Below, piece by piece: positions 59,709 to 64,000 of a DNA stretch of 64,000 nt. Below the pieces are notes generated by a model. That model did not search any database. It worked only from the letters and a program-made list of their open reading frames with translations, and was not told the origin of the DNA. Location of the stretch: NCBI RefSeq assembly GCF_009914755.1, contig NC_060929.1; one strand, given 5' to 3'. Every line of letters starts with the position of its first letter. Within the stretch, counting starts at the first letter, position 1. This DNA is from the human T2T-CHM13v2.0 reference genome, Homo sapiens. The translations under genes and the position numbers were made by a program.

Positions 59709-60337
59709 TTTTTTTTTTAAAGAGATGGGGTCTCAGCCAGGCATGGTGGCTCACGCCTATAATCCCAGGGGTCTCAGCCAGGCATGGTGGCTCACGCCTG
59801 TAATCCCAGTACTTTGGGAGGCCAAGGCGGGTGGATCACTTGATGTCAGGAGTTTGAGACCAGCCTGGCCAACATGGTGAAACCCCGTCTCTACTAAAAA
59901 TACAAATATTAGCTGGGTGTGGAGGTGGGCGCCTGTAATCCCAGCTACTCAGGAGGCCGAGGTAGGAGAATTGCTTGAACCCAGGGGGCGGAGGTTGCAG
60001 GCAGCCAAGATCACACCATTGCACTCCAGCCTGTGTGATAATAGTTGAACTCCATCTCAAAAAAAAAAAAAGATGGGGTCTCACTCTGTCACTCAGGCTG
60101 GAGTGCAGCGGTGCAATGTTGGCTCATTGCAGCTCAGTCTCCCGGGCTCAAGTGATCCTCTGCCTCAGCCCCCTAAGTAGCTAAAACTAAAGGTGCGTAT
60201 CACCATGCCCGGCTAATTTTTGTAGGGACGGGGTTTCACTATGTTGCCCATGCTGGTCTCGAACTCCTGAGCTCAGGCAATCCTACCTCGGCCTCTCAAA
60301 ATGCTGGGATTACAGGCATAAGCCACTGTGCCCAGCC
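59709..60337. mobile_element. Sense AluSx (~59735-60070) inserted into the 3' end of an antisense AluJ-like element
   Basis: TSD agatggggtctca on both sides of the inner Alu; the outer Alu resumes at 60071. Confidence 0.9.
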
Positions 60338-60696
60338 TTAATGTTGTTTTAAGGAATAAAAATAATAATTAAAAAATCAATTTTTAAATTTCCCTGAGAA
60401 AAATAAATACAAATTACAGCTTCAAAAAAGTCTGATTTAGATTAATTTATTTCTTCAATCAGAAAAAAAAAGATAAAGGTTTCAGACTACTTAATTTTCT
60501 TATTTTAAAGAGAAGTGACTAAACTAATCCTATATATGGTTTGATAATCCTCAAACTATTAGAATGTACTGCCATACTAGTATATCCTTTCTCAAGATAA
60601 AATAATAACTATAACTTGATACTAAATCACTGTCATTATAGTAACTAATACTGTCAACAGATAACTGAGTAACTATTGGTTAAGAAATTATATAAC

Positions 60697-61025
60697 TGGA
60701 CGGGCACAATGGCTCACACTTGTAATTCCAACACTTTGGGAGGTCTAGGTGAGAGGACTGCTTGAGCCCAGGAGTTTGAGACCAACCTGGGCAACATAGT
60801 AAGACCCTGTCTCTATAAAAAACGAAAAACTCAGCCAGGCATGGTGATGCACGCCTACATTCCAAGCTACTTGGGAGGCTGATGTGGGAAGATTGCTTGA
60901 GCCCAGGAAGTCAAGGCTGCAGTGAGCTATTATTGTGCAACTGCACTCCAGCACGGGCAACCATGTAAGAACCTGTCTCAAAAAAAAAAAAAAAAAAAAA
61001 GGAAAAAAGAGAAAGAAAAAAAAAG
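60697..61025 (+). mobile_element. AluJ
   Basis: Diverged Alu with long A tail; TSD-like atataact. Confidence 0.9.
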
Positions 61026-61140
61026 ATATAACTAAGAGGCCAAAAAAAGGCTCTCTGCATAAACTATATTAACGTCAAGATCATGGTCTTGACACTATAG
61101 GGACTGTGCTTTGCTTTGTTTCATGAATGCAGACCATAAT

Positions 61141-61644
61141 TGTGGTAGGCAGCATAATAGGCCCCTAAAGATGTCAACATACTACTCCTTGGATCCTGTG
61201 AATATGTAATCTTACATGGTGAAGGAGAATTTAGGTAGTGATGGAATTAAGGTTGCTAATCAGATGACCTTAAAATAGGGGGATTATCCTGGACTTTTTG
61301 GGCAGGGCCAAGGTCAAGGGTCCTCAAATATAGAAGAGGGAGGCAGAAGAGGAGGTTGGAGTAAGGTGATGTAAGAAGGACTCAACCCACTATTGTTGGC
61401 TTTGAAGATAGAGGGACCACAAGCCAAGAAATGAAGGTAACCTCTAGAAGCTGGAAAAGACAAGAAAATGGATTATTTTCTAGAGCTTCCAGACAGGAAC
61501 ACAACAGTGCCAAAACCTTGATTTTAGCCCAGTAAGATCTATGTTGAACTTCTAACCTTCAGAATTGTAATATAATAAATGTGTGTTGTTTTAAACCATT
61601 AAATCTGTAGTAATTTGTTACAGCAACAAGAGGAAACTTATACA
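61141..61644 (+). mobile_element. MLT1D-like MaLR LTR
   Basis: tgtggtaggcagcataataggcccctaaagatgtc...taatttgttacagcaacaagaggaaacttataca. Confidence 0.88.
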
Positions 61645-63669
61645 ATAATGAAAATGGTTTCACAAATGGGGCTTTCAACTGTGAAGGGAAATCAGGCTAA
61701 AACCTTGGGTGAGGCAGATCCAAATCTATCACAAACAAAATAAATTCAAAACTGTGCAAAATCTATGTCAGATTATTTTTTCCTTTCAAAGAGGAGCATT
61801 ATGATTACAAAAAGACACTATGGTATTTTAAGATTTCTTGGTCTAAATAGTCTGAAAAAGCGCTTGGCAATGAACTAGACAAAAAAACAAACAGGCCTGC
61901 TTAAAATAGCAATGAAAAATATTGTATACCTAGTACTGAATGTGCTCACTCTACATTTAGTTCTAGATAAGAATGGATAAGAAGTTGGCAATAGAAGTAT
62001 ATCTACTTTAGACAGTGAGTTTTTAACAGAGCTATGAAATTTCAAGGCTAGCAAAGAGCAGCAATGACAAATGTGGACAAATAAATTTATAGTTCTTTTG
62101 GCTATAGCATGTCAAAATTTATGTCAAATAAAAACTTCAATGATTAGTCAAAATCATTTTGTTTGCTTTAATTCAGCTCAAGGACTCTTTCAAATCAACT
62201 TGTGAGGTGATTTTCAAGAAAATCATGGAAAAGATTTTCAAGAAAGTATGTAATATTGAGGAAAAAGATGGCAGAAATCACATTTACTTTTAATTTCTAC
62301 AAATGAGAAAAATGTAAAAAAAGGATCAAGCAATAAGAACCAGATTCTAGGATGGCCAGATCAGTAGTTCCTTTAGTTAACAAGAAAAACTAAAACAGAC
62401 TCATCTAATTAGTCTTAAATTCCTTATGCATACACCAGTAGTAATATTGCAATATTATTTGTCCTTATATTACTGGAAGAATCTTGTGCAAAGAATTCAA
62501 GTATGAGGCAAATATTATACTGCCTCTGTTTAGAGACTGTTCTCAAACAGAGAAGATGAGTTCTGAAATACTGAGTTCTGAATGTTCAGAAGAAGCACAA
62601 TATTTGACTTCTTTTCTGAGAAACTCTTTGACAAGAACAAATTACAAAATGTTGATAGATCCTGGTTTAGCAAAATTTTAAATTAAATTTTGTATTAAAG
62701 AAGCTTAACACTTTAGAAGAGAGCAAATCATGAATGTCAAAGATTAAGGGGAAAATCATGCTAAAGAAGCTAGAACAACATATACTTGTATAACCTTTTT
62801 TTTCCCTACTTAACTTGCAGAAGAGAGAGATCATTAAAGGTAGCTCAGAACTGAGAAGAGGTACAAACAATGCAAGCTTTTATCTTCTAACAAAGAGAAC
62901 GAAAGCACTTGTGAGTTTTCAGGATTAGAATGTAGTTCAAGATAAGTTTACTGACTAAACAACTCGGTCTGTCACAAGAAGGAAAGGTACTAAGAGGTTT
63001 TAACATGAGTGTTGTAACCCAGATTAGAAGCAGAGTTGAGCTATCATTACTAAGCAGCCCACATGGGCTTTAGATCTCAAGAAAAGGCATAGGGTAAGTG
63101 TAGGTTATTTGTTGTTGTTACTCTTTTTGTTATTAATATTTGCTAAAGCCTGTCATATAACTTGTTTATATTGTTATAAATATATTTTCCATTAAATGTT
63201 ACTTATATCCAAATAATATTAATGTTTCACCTGGCTAAGTTACCCATTAACTCTCTCTCAGTTATCCACCTCAGAGAAGATCTAGGAAGCAGACACATTA
63301 GGACAAAATAAAAGCCTTGATAAAGTGGGGAACATAATCTAAAAGCCATGGCAAAAACATCACTTTACTAGGGTATCTTGACTGTTCAGAATGAGTCAAA
63401 TTTAGGGGCAAATATAACTTGTTTAGAGTGCTGTCACCTCTTCTTACAGCACCTTATAGCATTCTGAGGATTCCCCACTCTGCACCCACACCTGGCCCCC
63501 AACCATGACCTAACTATAAAGCAATATTAAAAATTAATGTCATTTTTAAAGTACCCTAATATTTATCTCACAACTAGATTCTGGACAGTATGTTTGTTTT
63601 TGGCATTAATGATCACAGTTGCTGTTTTTCATGCCAAAAAGAGGCACGAAGTGACTAATACATTTGTAA

Positions 63670-64000
<331 letters not shown>

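Overview
Primate (human-like), AT-rich, repeat-dominated genomic DNA. It opens with an EIF3K processed pseudogene (~347-1105). Near the end is the last coding exon of GIN1, a domesticated Gypsy-type integrase gene, on the minus strand (CDS 55933-56207), with 3' UTR and intron on either side. From memory, this combination matches human 5q21 between PAM and GIN1; that is not verifiable here. Between the two are nested transposon fossils. (i) A MER52 LTR and an MST LTR inside an old MLT1. (ii) An AluYa5 with an internal 17-bp x4 minisatellite. (iii) A minus-strand MER57-type ERV1 provirus (11094-27246) with PBS-Leu, PPT, integrase and env remnants. It hosts a full-length L1PA2 (intact ORF1, broken ORF2), an oppositely oriented truncated L1PA, Alus, and a MER41 LTR with a THE1 inside it. 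(iv) An old L1M hosting an L1PA8A-11-like element, which hosts a complete THE1 provirus. I see no new gene system. The two strongest unexplained signals are rare non-consensus variants shared by the tail-to-tail inverted L1 pair (suggesting gene conversion) and a complex inversion plus deletion plus 57-bp templated insertion at 40295-40540. Subfamily calls rely on recalled consensus sequences and need RepeatMasker/Dfam confirmation.
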